A DNA stretch of 64,000 nucleotides from an uncultured Clostridia bacterium (GCA_905235475.1 CAJOLU010000005.1:72892-136891); one strand, 5' to 3'. Shown: positions 25,579-36,210, numbered from the stretch's first letter. Made by a program: numbers and translations. Notes: a model not told the origin generated them from the sequence alone.

Positions 25579-26622
25579 ATGTCTGAAAAATATTATGTTG
25601 ATAGAAAAGATAAGGTAACAGTTAAATTGCGTGAATTACAAATGGAACTCCCCTATTTTTGTTCTGAATTTTTTCTGGGAATTGAGAACCAAACAACTCC
25701 ATTAACAAGGCTTAATTATGCCTATGACTTGCGTATTTTTTTCGATTTCTTAACCACAGAAATAGATAAATTTGCAGACAAAAAGATTAAACAATTTAGT
25801 TTAATGGACCTAAATAGCGTTGAACCAATGGATATTGAACTATTTATGAATTACCTTAATTACTACAAGTTTAAAGGCAAAGTTTACCGCAATAATGAAC
25901 AAGCAAAAGCAAGAAAATTGTGCACAATTAGGTCATTTTTTAAATATTTCTTTAAAAAAGAAAAACTTTCTTCAAATGTTACAGTTAAAGTTGATTTGCC
26001 AAAAATTCATCAAAAAAACATTATAAGGCTTGAAAACAATGAGATGACTGACCTTTTAGACCAAGTTGAAACTGGTTATGCCCTAACTCCAACTCAACAA
26101 TCTTTCCACAGACACACAAGTCTTCGTGATTACGCAATGATTACTTTATTTTTGGGCACTGGTATTCGTATTAGTGAACTAATTGGACTTGATATTGATG
26201 ACATCGATTTTTCAACAAACGCCTTTAAAGTAACTCGAAAAGGTGGAAACCAATCAATCTTATATTTTTCAGATGAGGTTGCTGATGTTTTAAAAGAATA
26301 TGTTGAATATCGAAAGAACTTAAAAGGTGTTCCAGAAACTGAAAAAGCCCTATTCCTTTCACTTCAAAAGAAGAGAATTTGCCCAAGAGCTGTTCAAAAT
26401 TTGGTTAAAAAATATAGCCAGGTTGCCACTCCACTTAAACATATCACACCACACAAACTTCGCAGCACATATGGCACAAATTTATATAAAGAAACCAATG
26501 ATATTTATGTTGTTGCTGATGTTTTGGGACATAAAGACATTAACACAACAAGAAAACACTATGCCGCAATGAGTGAAGACATTAAAAAAGCTGCAGCAGA
26601 CAAAGTTAAACTTAGAAAATAA
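25579..26622 (+). CDS. Tyrosine recombinase, XerS/XerC-like
   Basis: SD GTGAGGTG. Catalytic pattern TGIRISEL (R), TPHKLRSTYGTNLY (H-x-x-R), LGHKDINTTRKHY (H...Y). The long N-terminal core-binding domain and VTRKGGNQ resemble streptococcal XerS. Confidence 0.8.
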   Translation: MSEKYYVDRKDKVTVKLRELQMELPYFCSEFFLGIENQTTPLTRLNYAYDLRIFFDFLTTEIDKFADKKIKQFSLMDLNSVEPMDIELFMNYLNYYKFKGKVYRNNEQAKARKLCTIRSFFKYFFKKEKLSSNVTVKVDLPKIHQKNIIRLENNEMTDLLDQVETGYALTPTQQSFHRHTSLRDYAMITLFLGTGIRISELIGLDIDDIDFSTNAFKVTRKGGNQSILYFSDEVADVLKEYVEYRKNLKGVPETEKALFLSLQKKRICPRAVQNLVKKYSQVATPLKHITPHKLRSTYGTNLYKETNDIYVVADVLGHKDINTTRKHYAAMSEDIKKAAADKVKLRK

Positions 26623-26632
26623 TAAAAATATT

Positions 26633-26672
26633 CGAACAAATGTTTGACTTTTGGTTTTTTTTGTGTTATACT
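26633..26672 (+). promoter_or_regulatory. lexA promoter (TTGACT-17-TGtTATACT) overlapped by a LexA/Cheo box
   Basis: Box CGAACAAATGTTTG at 26633-26646 overlaps the -35 at 26644-26649. The extended -10 is at 26664-26672. Confidence 0.7.
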
Positions 26673-26705
26673 CTACTTGAATTAAAAATTTGTGAGGTAA
26701 CATAA

Positions 26706-27338
26706 ATGAAAAAATCAATGGAAATCAAATTAGAAAAATTGTATGATTTTTTGGTTAGCTATAAAAATCAAAATGGTTTCTGCCCTTCCGTTAGAGAAAT
26801 GTGTGAAGAACTAAAAATTAACTCAACTTCAACAATTACATACTATCTAAATCGCCTTGAAATGCAAGGAAAAATAAGGCGTGGTGCATCAAAAAACAGA
26901 GCTATTGAAATAATTGAAGATAAAAAGCAAAGCCAAAATGAACAAATGCTTGAAATCATTAGTTCATATAAGCCTATTCCAATTCTTGGACAAATCACTG
27001 CTGGAGCACCAATTTTGGCTGTGGAAAACTGTGAAGAAGTTTTTTATATGCCAACTGGCTTATTCCGTGGAGATGACCTTTTTATGCTCACTGTTCATGG
27101 GGAAAGTATGATTGATGCTGGAATTATGGATGGCGACAAAGTTGTTATTCGCAGACAAGACACTGCTAACAATGGTGAAATTGTTGCTGCCCTAATTGAT
27201 GACTCTGCAACAATTAAAAGATTTTATAAGGAAAATGGCAGATTTAGACTACAACCAGAAAATTCCAGTATGGAACCAATGTTCTTTGATGAAGTTTCAA
27301 TTATTGGAAAAGTTGTTGGATTAATTAGAAATCTATAA
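26706..27338 (+). CDS. lexA: SOS repressor LexA
   Basis: N-terminal wHTH, an AG cleavage site (ITAGAP), and the S24 peptidase motif VHGESM plus IKRF lysine. Confidence 0.93.
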   Translation: MKKSMEIKLEKLYDFLVSYKNQNGFCPSVREMCEELKINSTSTITYYLNRLEMQGKIRRGASKNRAIEIIEDKKQSQNEQMLEIISSYKPIPILGQITAGAPILAVENCEEVFYMPTGLFRGDDLFMLTVHGESMIDAGIMDGDKVVIRRQDTANNGEIVAALIDDSATIKRFYKENGRFRLQPENSSMEPMFFDEVSIIGKVVGLIRNL

Positions 27339-27340
27339 TA

Positions 27341-27375
27341 AAAAATAACCTAGAAAAAATCTAGGTTATTTTTTA
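27341..27375. terminator. Bidirectional terminator between lexA and miaA
   Basis: 10-bp stem AATAACCTAG / CTAGGTTATT flanked by A- and T-runs. Confidence 0.75.
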
Positions 27376-28113
27376 TTGTTCAATTTTATAATCACGATAA
27401 ATTTCAACAATCTCATCAATTGCTGAATCTAAATTTTCATCAACATCAATCCATTTGCCATTCATATGTTTAAACCAAGTTATTTGCCTTTTAGCATAGT
27501 TTCTTGTGCCTTGTTTAATCTTTTCAATAGCTTCATTTAATGTGATATTATTATCTAAATATTCAAGAAGCTCTTTATAGCCAATGGCTTGAACGCATTG
27601 GTCGTTCTTATCTAGCCCATGTTCTTTTAGGTGTTTAACTTCATCTATCAAGCCATTTTCAAGCATAACATCAACACGTTTATTGATTTTATCATAAAGT
27701 TTTTGTCTATCTTGATTTAAAATATATAGATTATAATCATAAACACTTTCTTTATTTTCTTTCTCTTTCTTAAACGAGTAAGCATACAAAAGTGATTCCA
27801 TATATAGTCCCGTTCCCCCAACAATAACTGGAAGATTGCCCCGGCTGGTTATCTCATCAATATATTTTCTTGACAAATTAACAAAATCAAAAGCATTAAA
27901 CTTTTCTTTAAAATTTACCTCATCTATTAAGTGATGAACACATATATTTTTTTCACTTTGAGATGGTTTTGAAGTTCCAATGTTTAACTCACGATACACT
28001 TGCACTGAATCAGCTGAAATAATTTCCATTTTGATTTTATGTGCTAGTTTTAATGCAAAAGCACTCTTCCCAACTGCTGTTGGACCACCAATCAATAATA
28101 ACTTCTGTTTCAT
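27373..28113 (-). CDS. miaA: tRNA dimethylallyltransferase (short form)
   Basis: P-loop GGPTAVGKS, SADSVQVYRELNIGTSKP, GGTGLY and RNYAKRQITWF. At 246 aa it is roughly 70 aa shorter than typical MiaA. Confidence 0.85.
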   Translation of the reverse strand: MKQKLLLIGGPTAVGKSAFALKLAHKIKMEIISADSVQVYRELNIGTSKPSQSEKNICVHHLIDEVNFKEKFNAFDFVNLSRKYIDEITSRGNLPVIVGGTGLYMESLLYAYSFKKEKENKESVYDYNLYILNQDRQKLYDKINKRVDVMLENGLIDEVKHLKEHGLDKNDQCVQAIGYKELLEYLDNNITLNEAIEKIKQGTRNYAKRQITWFKHMNGKWIDVDENLDSAIDEIVEIYRDYKIEQ

Positions 28114-29969
28114 TAAACAACCCTCTTAAACCATTTGTCAATTTCATATTTTTTAACTTCAACCGCAAAAGGTCTTCCATGTGGGCATTGAAGAACAGGC
28201 TCATTTCTTGCAATTTCTTCTAGTAGATCAACAATTTCTTCTTTGGTTAAATCATCTCCACCCTTAACAGCATGCTTGCACGCTTTTTGGGCTAGATAAT
28301 CCATTATTAAATCATTTGTTTTAAGTGACAAAATTGTGTTCATATCTTTTAGAATATCATTGAAATAAATTCCAATTTCAAGGTTTGGCAAAACTGCTGG
28401 AATACTTGAAACTTTGAATGCGTTTTTACCAAATTCCTCTATCTCAAAACCAAGACTACGAATTGTGTAGATATTGTCCATAATGAATTGATATTCTGTG
28501 TTGTTTGTTTCCAAAATGTATGGAAGAAGCAAAGGTTGTTCCGCATTTGCCTTTCTTGAACTATCAATAACAAGTTTGTCATACAAAATTCTTTCGTGGG
28601 CTGCGTGTTGGTCAATAAAATAAACTTTGTCTTCAATTTCAACAATTAAAAATGTGTTAAAGATTTTTCCAACAACATTCACAGAAAGCATATGCAAATT
28701 TTTAGATAATCCATCAAACAAACTTTTTTGTTGCAAAACTGGTTCTGGCTTTTCAAGGGTGTTATCAAACTTAATAACATCACTTTGTGCTTGACTGTTT
28801 CTCTCAATTATAATTTCATTTAATTTGCTGTCTTCATCATTTTGTGCAACAATAGTTTCAATTACTGGTGCGATATTTTCAGTCTTTTTTGTGATATCCG
28901 CAAAATTTATGTTTGACGAGGTCAAATAATTTTCTGCTTGAATTCTTTCGTTAAGTTCTTCTTGCGCCACTTCTCTACTATTTCTGTAATTTAACAAAGT
29001 TTCATCAACAATATGGTTTAAAAGTCCAAAAACACGCTGTGAATCATAGAACCTAACTTCCATTTTGGTTGGATGAGCATTAACATCAATTTGGTCGGCT
29101 GGCATATTTATGTAGAGAACAAAGAATGGATATGCTCTGGTCATCATATAATCTTCATAAACTCTTCCAATCGCGGTGCTAATGAGTTTGCTGTTAACAT
29201 ATCTTCCATTAACAATAATCGTTTGATATGTTGAGTTTGGCTTTGAATATGTTGGTTTACAAATAAAGCCAGACACTTCAATTTCCACATCCCTATAATT
29301 AATGGGAATAATATTTTTTAGCATACTAGAACCATAAACACTATATAAAGCATCTTCTTTGCCTTTGCCAGAACTTTGATAAATCACTTTATCATCAACA
29401 GTGTATGTAAACGCAATTTCTGGATTTGCAAGAATTAATCTTGCAACAATATCACTAATTGCACTTTCTTCTTGTTTTGGTTTTTTGAGGTGCTTTCTTC
29501 TAACTGGAATGTTGAAAAACAAGTTCTTAACTTGAATTTGTGTTCCAACTGGGGAACCAATTTCTTTAACACTTTCAACAATTCCACCACTTAAATTAAT
29601 GATTGTGGCTGTTTGCTGACTTTCTGTTCTTGTAATCATTGAAACTTCAGAAACAGATGCAATAGAAGCTAAAGCCTCTCCCCTAAAACCAAGAGTTAAA
29701 ATGCTTTCAAGGTCTTCTGCATCTTTAATTTTGCTTGTTGCGTGTGGCAAGAAAGCTTTTCGAACTTCCCCAGATTCAATTCCGCATCCATCATCTGTTA
29801 TTTGAATAAATGAAGTTCCACCATCAATAATGAAAATATCAATGTTTTTTGCTCCAGCATCAATACTATTTTCAATTAATTCTTTAACAACAGAAGCAGG
29901 TCTTTCAACAACCTCTCCAGCTGCAATCTTATTAAATACTTCTGGCTCTAAAACATTTATTTTTGCCAT
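28113..29969 (-). CDS. mutL: DNA mismatch repair protein MutL
   Basis: GHKL ATPase motifs (VVKELIENSIDAGA, DDGCGI, LGFRGEAL) and a C-terminal dimerisation domain with QHAAHERI. Confidence 0.95.
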   Translation of the reverse strand: MAKINVLEPEVFNKIAAGEVVERPASVVKELIENSIDAGAKNIDIFIIDGGTSFIQITDDGCGIESGEVRKAFLPHATSKIKDAEDLESILTLGFRGEALASIASVSEVSMITRTESQQTATIINLSGGIVESVKEIGSPVGTQIQVKNLFFNIPVRRKHLKKPKQEESAISDIVARLILANPEIAFTYTVDDKVIYQSSGKGKEDALYSVYGSSMLKNIIPINYRDVEIEVSGFICKPTYSKPNSTYQTIIVNGRYVNSKLISTAIGRVYEDYMMTRAYPFFVLYINMPADQIDVNAHPTKMEVRFYDSQRVFGLLNHIVDETLLNYRNSREVAQEELNERIQAENYLTSSNINFADITKKTENIAPVIETIVAQNDEDSKLNEIIIERNSQAQSDVIKFDNTLEKPEPVLQQKSLFDGLSKNLHMLSVNVVGKIFNTFLIVEIEDKVYFIDQHAAHERILYDKLVIDSSRKANAEQPLLLPYILETNNTEYQFIMDNIYTIRSLGFEIEEFGKNAFKVSSIPAVLPNLEIGIYFNDILKDMNTILSLKTNDLIMDYLAQKACKHAVKGGDDLTKEEIVDLLEEIARNEPVLQCPHGRPFAVEVKKYEIDKWFKRVV

Positions 29970-29975
29970 ACTGTT

Positions 29976-32558
29976 TTACTCCTTAATTAACTTTTTAAGA
30001 TCATATAGTTTTGAAATCGCCTCTAATGGTGAAAGGGTGTCCACATCAATTCTATTTAGAGCATCAATTAGTTTTGATTCTGTTTTTAACACCACATCTT
30101 GCCCTTTTGTGCTTTTTTGTAGTGGGCTTGCATTAAGGTCGGTTTGTTCGTGATAATGCAAAACATCTTTTGCTCTATCCACAACCTCTTTGTTAATTCC
30201 AGCAAGAGTTGCAACTTCAATTCCAAAACTACGATTAGCACATCCCGGCAAAATGTTATGTAAGAAAATAACATTGTTGTCATATTCTTTCACTGCGATA
30301 TGATAGTTTTTTGCACCTTCAAGAGTTCCTTCAAGTTCTGTTATTTCATGATAATGTGTTGCAAAAAGCGTGCAAGCCTTAATTTTGTTTGTGATAAATT
30401 CAATCACCGCCCACGCAATGCTTAATCCATCATATGTTGATGTTCCACGCCCAATTTCATCCAAAATCAACAAACTTTTGTCTGTTGCATTTTGTGTTAC
30501 GTTAGCCACTTCAATCATTTCAACCATAAATGTGCTTTGCCCCATTCCAAGGTTATCAGCAGCCCCAATTCTTGTGAAAATTCTGTCGCAAATCGCAATC
30601 TCTGCTTTGCTGGCTGGAACAAAACAACCCATATGAGCCATAATTGTGATGAGTGCCACCTGCCTCATATATGTGCTCTTACCCGACATATTAGGTCCCG
30701 TTATAATCATTGTGTGGCAATCGTTTGAAAAAGTTGTGTCGTTTGGAACAAATCTTTGATTTTTGTTAAGTTTTTCAATAACTGGGTGTCTACCAGAAAT
30801 GATGTTTGTGTATTTCACGCTGTTATTAATCACAGGTTTAACATATTTGTTTGCAATTGAAATATTCGCAAAAGAAATCAAAACATCTAAAACTGCCACA
30901 TTCTGTGCTGCAACTTGAAGTTCTTTGAGTTGCTCTTTCATTTTGTCTTTTAATTCAACAAAAATTTGTTGTTCCAAACTTCTTGCCATCTCTTCTGCCC
31001 CAACAACATCTCCAGCAAGTTTTGTTAAATCTTGCGTTGTGTAACGTTCACAGTTTGCAAGTGTTTGACGCCTTTCAAACCTAAATGGCACTTTGTTTTT
31101 TTGCGAAATTGGAACCTCGATAAAATAACCCAAAATGTTGTTATATTTTATTTTTAGTTGTTTTATGTCTGTTTCTTCTTTTTCCTTTGCCTCAAGGTCT
31201 CTAATCCAGTTAACGCCATCTCTCATTAATATTATTTGTTTATCTAATTCATCATTAAAACCAAATTTAATAAAGTTTCCATCTTTTGCTGAAATTGGTG
31301 GTTCAGCAACAAAAGCAGAAAGCAATAAGTTCGTTAAATTTGTGAAATCATAAATATTATCATTAATTTCTCTTAAAAGTTTTGAATTAAATTGTGAAGT
31401 GTAACTTTTAATTTTTGGCAATTTTTCAAGCGATTTGGCAACTTCCAAACACCCCCTAGGCCCTATTGAGCCATAAGAAAGCCTACCCAAAAGCCTTTCA
31501 ACATCACTAAAACATTTGAGTAATTCATAAATATCATCACGAGCAATGTTGTTGTTTATTAACTCTTCAACCGCATCAAGCCTTTCATTAATAAGTTTTT
31601 CATCTCGCAAAGGCTTGTTCATCCAATCCAAAAGTTTTCGCTTACCCATTGATGTTGCCGTGTTATTCATAACCCAAAACAGAGTTCCTTGTTGTTTCCT
31701 CTCAAAAATTGTTTCTGTGAGTTCAAGATTGAGTTTTGCAGTTGCATCTAAATATAAATAATTTTCATTGCTTTGAACAATTAATTTATTAATGTGTTCA
31801 AGTTTTCTTTTTTGTGTTTGAGCAACATACTCCAAAAGCCCACCACAAGCACAAATTCCATCTTCTTTTCCACTGCAATTCAAGATGCTTAAACTTCCAA
31901 TTTGAAGTTGATTTAAAAGCGTTTCTGTGGCATTTTTTAGGTCAAAAGCGAACTCAACATATTGATAAAATCTTGGCACAATTTTTGACATAACACAAGG
32001 CAGATGCTCACTATCATTAAAAGCCTCTTTGGAACAAATAACTTCACTTGGCTTTAATGAAATTAAAAGGTCATTTAGTTTGGCTTGCGCATCATCACCA
32101 GAAAATGCGTTCATATAGAACTCTCCAGTTGATAAATCAAGCCAAGAAACACCAATTTTATTGCTATTTTTCTCAAAAACAGATACAATAAAGTTGTTGT
32201 TTGGCGACAAAATATCTTCTTCCATCACAGTTCCTGGAGTTATGATTCTCACAACATCACGATCAACCATTTTACCTTTTTGTGGTTCTGTTAACTGCTC
32301 GCAAATTGCAACTTTATATCCCTCATCTAATAGCCTTTTTATGTAGGTGTCGGCACTATGAAAAGGAACACCACACATCGGTGCTTTGCTATCTAACCCA
32401 CATTCCTTTCCTGTTAGCACAATGCCCAAAAGTTTAGACACAAGTTCCGCATCTTCAAAAAACATTTCATAAAAATCGCCCAAGCGATAAAATAAAATGC
32501 AGTCTTTATATTTCTCTTTTGTTGCAACATAATGCTCCATCATTGGAGATAATTTCAT
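29976..32558 (-). CDS. mutS: DNA mismatch repair protein MutS
   Basis: N-terminal mismatch-binding GDFYE motif, Walker A GPNMSGKST, and DEIGRGTSTYDG. Confidence 0.97.
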   Translation of the reverse strand: MKLSPMMEHYVATKEKYKDCILFYRLGDFYEMFFEDAELVSKLLGIVLTGKECGLDSKAPMCGVPFHSADTYIKRLLDEGYKVAICEQLTEPQKGKMVDRDVVRIITPGTVMEEDILSPNNNFIVSVFEKNSNKIGVSWLDLSTGEFYMNAFSGDDAQAKLNDLLISLKPSEVICSKEAFNDSEHLPCVMSKIVPRFYQYVEFAFDLKNATETLLNQLQIGSLSILNCSGKEDGICACGGLLEYVAQTQKRKLEHINKLIVQSNENYLYLDATAKLNLELTETIFERKQQGTLFWVMNNTATSMGKRKLLDWMNKPLRDEKLINERLDAVEELINNNIARDDIYELLKCFSDVERLLGRLSYGSIGPRGCLEVAKSLEKLPKIKSYTSQFNSKLLREINDNIYDFTNLTNLLLSAFVAEPPISAKDGNFIKFGFNDELDKQIILMRDGVNWIRDLEAKEKEETDIKQLKIKYNNILGYFIEVPISQKNKVPFRFERRQTLANCERYTTQDLTKLAGDVVGAEEMARSLEQQIFVELKDKMKEQLKELQVAAQNVAVLDVLISFANISIANKYVKPVINNSVKYTNIISGRHPVIEKLNKNQRFVPNDTTFSNDCHTMIITGPNMSGKSTYMRQVALITIMAHMGCFVPASKAEIAICDRIFTRIGAADNLGMGQSTFMVEMIEVANVTQNATDKSLLILDEIGRGTSTYDGLSIAWAVIEFITNKIKACTLFATHYHEITELEGTLEGAKNYHIAVKEYDNNVIFLHNILPGCANRSFGIEVATLAGINKEVVDRAKDVLHYHEQTDLNASPLQKSTKGQDVVLKTESKLIDALNRIDVDTLSPLEAISKLYDLKKLIKE

Positions 32559-33889
32559 TATTGAACCTCCCCATATAAATTTCCGCCTGAATAATCAGTT
32601 ATTTTAACCTTCACAAACTGCCCTAATTGTAACTCTTTCTCTTTTTTAATTTTCACAACTTTGCCACATTGAGTTTTGCCAAGATACAGTGTTTGAGTTT
32701 CTCCATCAATCAAAACTCTTTCTTGAATTGTTCCAATAAGTGAATTAAAATGATTGTTTGTTATTTCTTTTTGAATTTCTAATAGTTTGTGAATTCGTTC
32801 TCTTTTCACTTCAATTGGCAAATGACCTTCCATTTTTTCAGCCACTGTTCCTTTTCGCTTGCTATACATAAAAATATATGCATTGCTAAACTGAACTTCT
32901 TTTAGAAGTGACACAGTGTCTTCAAAATCTTCTTCTGTTTCTTGAGCAAAACCAACAATAATATCTGTTGATAAACTTAGCCCCTTAATTTTTTGCTTCA
33001 TCTTTTGAATAATGCCCAAATATTTTTCACGGGTGTAGTTTCTGTTCATTAATTTTAGAATTTTGTCGCTACCACTTTGCACTGGCAAATGAATTGCTTT
33101 GCTGATTTTTTCATTTCTGGCAATCACATCAATAAGTTCATCAGATAAGTCTTTTGGGTGGCTGCTCATAAATCTTAGTTCAAAATCACCATCAAAGTTG
33201 GCAATTGTTTCCAAAAGTTCTGGGAAAGTTGTTTTATTATCTTTTAGGTCATTTCCATATGAGTTAACATTCTGCCCCAAAAGCGTTATAATCTTATATT
33301 TTCCAACATTAATAAGTTCTTTAACTTCTGCATAAATTTCTTCAGCAGGTCGGCTTATTTCTCTTCCCCTAACATATGGAACAATGCAATATGTGCAAAA
33401 ATTGTTGCAACCATAAGTTATGTTAACATAAGCAGAATATGGGTCATCTCTAATCATTTGAATGCTCTTTGTGCTACTTTGATATGTTTTTTCATCTAAA
33501 ATATTCCTTTGATATTTTCTTTGTTTTAAGAACATATCCAAATATTCTCCAAAAAACTCAACATTGTTAGCGCCAAAAACAATATTAATAAAAGGAAATT
33601 TCTTCTTTAAGTTTTCAGCCACTCCATTTTGTTGAGTCATACAACCACAAACAGCAACAATAAGGTTTGGATTTTTCTTCTTGATTGGTTTTGCGTTTCC
33701 AATATTTCCAATAGCTCTTTGTTCAGCTCCTTCTCTAATGCAACAAGTGTTATAAACCAACACATCAGCATCTTCTGGTTTATCAGCCTTTTTATAGCCT
33801 CTTTCCTCCAATAATCCAGCAAGTTTTTCAGACTCGTGCACATTCATTTGGCAACCATATGTAAAAATGTAATATTTTCCGTTTTGCAT
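32558..33889 (-). CDS. miaB: tRNA-i6A37 methylthiotransferase MiaB
   Basis: UPF0004 domain (TYGCQMN), radical SAM CNNFCTYC, and a TRAM domain. Start set at the ATG preceded by AAGGAGAA (MQNGKYY). Confidence 0.9.
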   Translation of the reverse strand: MQNGKYYIFTYGCQMNVHESEKLAGLLEERGYKKADKPEDADVLVYNTCCIREGAEQRAIGNIGNAKPIKKKNPNLIVAVCGCMTQQNGVAENLKKKFPFINIVFGANNVEFFGEYLDMFLKQRKYQRNILDEKTYQSSTKSIQMIRDDPYSAYVNITYGCNNFCTYCIVPYVRGREISRPAEEIYAEVKELINVGKYKIITLLGQNVNSYGNDLKDNKTTFPELLETIANFDGDFELRFMSSHPKDLSDELIDVIARNEKISKAIHLPVQSGSDKILKLMNRNYTREKYLGIIQKMKQKIKGLSLSTDIIVGFAQETEEDFEDTVSLLKEVQFSNAYIFMYSKRKGTVAEKMEGHLPIEVKRERIHKLLEIQKEITNNHFNSLIGTIQERVLIDGETQTLYLGKTQCGKVVKIKKEKELQLGQFVKVKITDYSGGNLYGEVQ

Positions 33890-33981
33890 AATTTCTCCTT
33901 GATGTTTATTATACAACAAAATTCTTTAAAACTCAACAAAAAAATAACGAAAGCACAGAAAAACAAGCATACACTATTAAT

Positions 33982-36210
33982 ATGAAAATAATATATAAAG
34001 TAATTATCATATTTTGCCTACTTTTTGCTTGTTTTGTGGGTGTTTTTTCGATATATTCATATATCTGCATATCTCAAATAGACAAAAATTTGATGCAAGG
34101 AAAAAATCTCTTAAACAATTTTGACCAAAGACTTTGCTTTTATGATGATAATAATGTGCCACTTGCAAGCACTTTTTCAAATGGTAAAACGATTGCAAGC
34201 CTTGATGAAATGCCAGATTATGTGAAATATGCTTTTATTTCAATAGAAGATAAAAACTTTTATAATCACAAAGGAATTAACACAAAAAGAATTATAAAAT
34301 CAGTTTTAGATAATATTTTTAGTGGTTATGCAAAGTCTGGCGCGTCAACAATCAGCCAACAACTTGTGAAAAACCTCCATCTATCCAGCGAAAAAACATT
34401 AAAACGAAAAATACAAGAAATGTATTTAACCAAAAAACTAGAAAAGAATTATTCAAAAGATGAAATATTGGAAACATATTTAAATATTATCTACTTTGGA
34501 AATAATGCGATTGGCATTGAAAATGCTTCAAACAAATATTTTGATTGCCACGCCAAGGATTTAAAAATTTATGAGGCGGCAACCCTTGCCGGAATTATCA
34601 AATCTCCAAGCCTATATTCCCCCATTAATAATTCTAGTGCGTGCATTGATAGAAGAAATGTGGTGCTAAAAGAAATGTTTGATGATGGTTACATCACAGA
34701 AGAAGAATATTTGTTTTCAAAAAATCAAGAACTTAATTTAAAACTACAACAAAATATTTTGGATAATAACCTATATTATAAGGAATGTATCAATGAGGCT
34801 GAACAAATTTTAAACCTAGATGAAAAAACGATTTCTGAATCAAATTATAAAATCTACACCTATCTCAACAACAAAATGCAAAATAGCACAATTCAAAATC
34901 TTAAGCAAACAACAAAAGAACTTTTTTCTTATCAATCTTTTTGCTCTGTTATTTTAGACAATAAAACAAATGGAGTTTTGGCATATGTTTCCAACCTTCA
35001 GTCAACTTTAACAAGGCAACCCGGAAGTTTAATTAAACCAATTTTATGCTATGCTCCAGCATTTGAAGAAGGCATCTTATCTCCACTAACCCCAATTGAT
35101 GACAGCCCTCTTTCTTATGAAAACTGGAAGCCACAAAACGCTAACAATCAATATAGTGGCTATATTAGCACAAGACAAGCATTGAGTGAATCCAAAAACA
35201 TTCCAGCCATAAAAACTTTATCATATGTTGGTATTGAAAACGCCAAAAGTTATGCAACTCAACTTGGCATAACTTTTGATGAAACAGACAACCACTTGGC
35301 TCTTGCTTTGGGATCTATGAAAAATGGTGTTTCAATTCTCACTCTTTCATCTGCTTATTCGGTTTTTTCTAATGATGGTCAATATGACACATATCACTTT
35401 ATTCGCAAAATTGAAGATTATGCAGGACGCATAATTTATGAATGTCCACACAAAAAAACACCAGTTTTTAGCCCTGAAACAACTTATTTGATTAATGACA
35501 TTTTACTCGATTGTTCAAACACAGGAACAGCAAAAAGACTTTCTTCTCTTGGAATGAAACTAGCATCAAAAACAGGAACTGTTGGCAGTGAAAATGGAAA
35601 CACAGATGCTTGGTGCATTAGTTACAACAAAAATTTATCTGTTCTTTCTTGGGTTGGGAATGCAACTGGAAAGCCAGAAAATAATTTAAATAATTCGCAA
35701 AATGGTGGAACAATCACAGCAAATATGAATCTTGGCATCTGGGAGCAAAACAAAAATTTTGACAAATGGTTCACACAACCTGGTGGCGTTTTGGATTTAA
35801 AAGTTGACTTAATTGATTATAACGAAAAACATATTCTAAATCTTGCAATAAACAACACACCTGATGAGTTTGTTATAAATGACATTTTTAACTTTAAATA
35901 TGCCCCTTCAACATATAGCACAAACTTCTTAGATGTGAAAGCCCCAACCCTTACACTCGTGGCAAATGATGGAAGAATTTACTTTAAGTTTGATGAGCAA
36001 GAATATTTAAGTTACAATTTATATTGTAATTTTCGCCTTGTAAAAACAAATGTTCATTCTGGATACTCCATTTCTACTCCTGAAAATAGTTGTTTTTACT
36101 ACCTAGTGGCGAAAAATCCTCACACAAACAAAAAGAAACAAAGCAATTATCAAGTGTTTATAAAAGAAAATAGTCCAGAATATCTCTGGACTATTTCTAT
36201 ATATCAATAA
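33982..36210 (+). CDS. Class A penicillin-binding protein (glycosyltransferase GT51 plus transpeptidase)
   Basis: GT51 motifs EDKNFYNHKGI and GASTISQQLVKN. Transpeptidase motifs SLIK, SKN and KTGT. The 3' end overlaps convergent thiI by 14 nt. Confidence 0.9.
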   Translation: MKIIYKVIIIFCLLFACFVGVFSIYSYICISQIDKNLMQGKNLLNNFDQRLCFYDDNNVPLASTFSNGKTIASLDEMPDYVKYAFISIEDKNFYNHKGINTKRIIKSVLDNIFSGYAKSGASTISQQLVKNLHLSSEKTLKRKIQEMYLTKKLEKNYSKDEILETYLNIIYFGNNAIGIENASNKYFDCHAKDLKIYEAATLAGIIKSPSLYSPINNSSACIDRRNVVLKEMFDDGYITEEEYLFSKNQELNLKLQQNILDNNLYYKECINEAEQILNLDEKTISESNYKIYTYLNNKMQNSTIQNLKQTTKELFSYQSFCSVILDNKTNGVLAYVSNLQSTLTRQPGSLIKPILCYAPAFEEGILSPLTPIDDSPLSYENWKPQNANNQYSGYISTRQALSESKNIPAIKTLSYVGIENAKSYATQLGITFDETDNHLALALGSMKNGVSILTLSSAYSVFSNDGQYDTYHFIRKIEDYAGRIIYECPHKKTPVFSPETTYLINDILLDCSNTGTAKRLSSLGMKLASKTGTVGSENGNTDAWCISYNKNLSVLSWVGNATGKPENNLNNSQNGGTITANMNLGIWEQNKNFDKWFTQPGGVLDLKVDLIDYNEKHILNLAINNTPDEFVINDIFNFKYAPSTYSTNFLDVKAPTLTLVANDGRIYFKFDEQEYLSYNLYCNFRLVKTNVHSGYSISTPENSCFYYLVAKNPHTNKKKQSNYQVFIKENSPEYLWTISIYQ

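Noticed and set aside
25579-26622. The XerS-like recombinase as the missing integrase of the 7.5-17.3 kb island
   Set aside because: It lies 8 kb outside the island boundaries defined by the direct repeats, is separated from it by housekeeping genes and a tRNA, and sits next to lexA. It is more likely a chromosome-dimer-resolution type enzyme.
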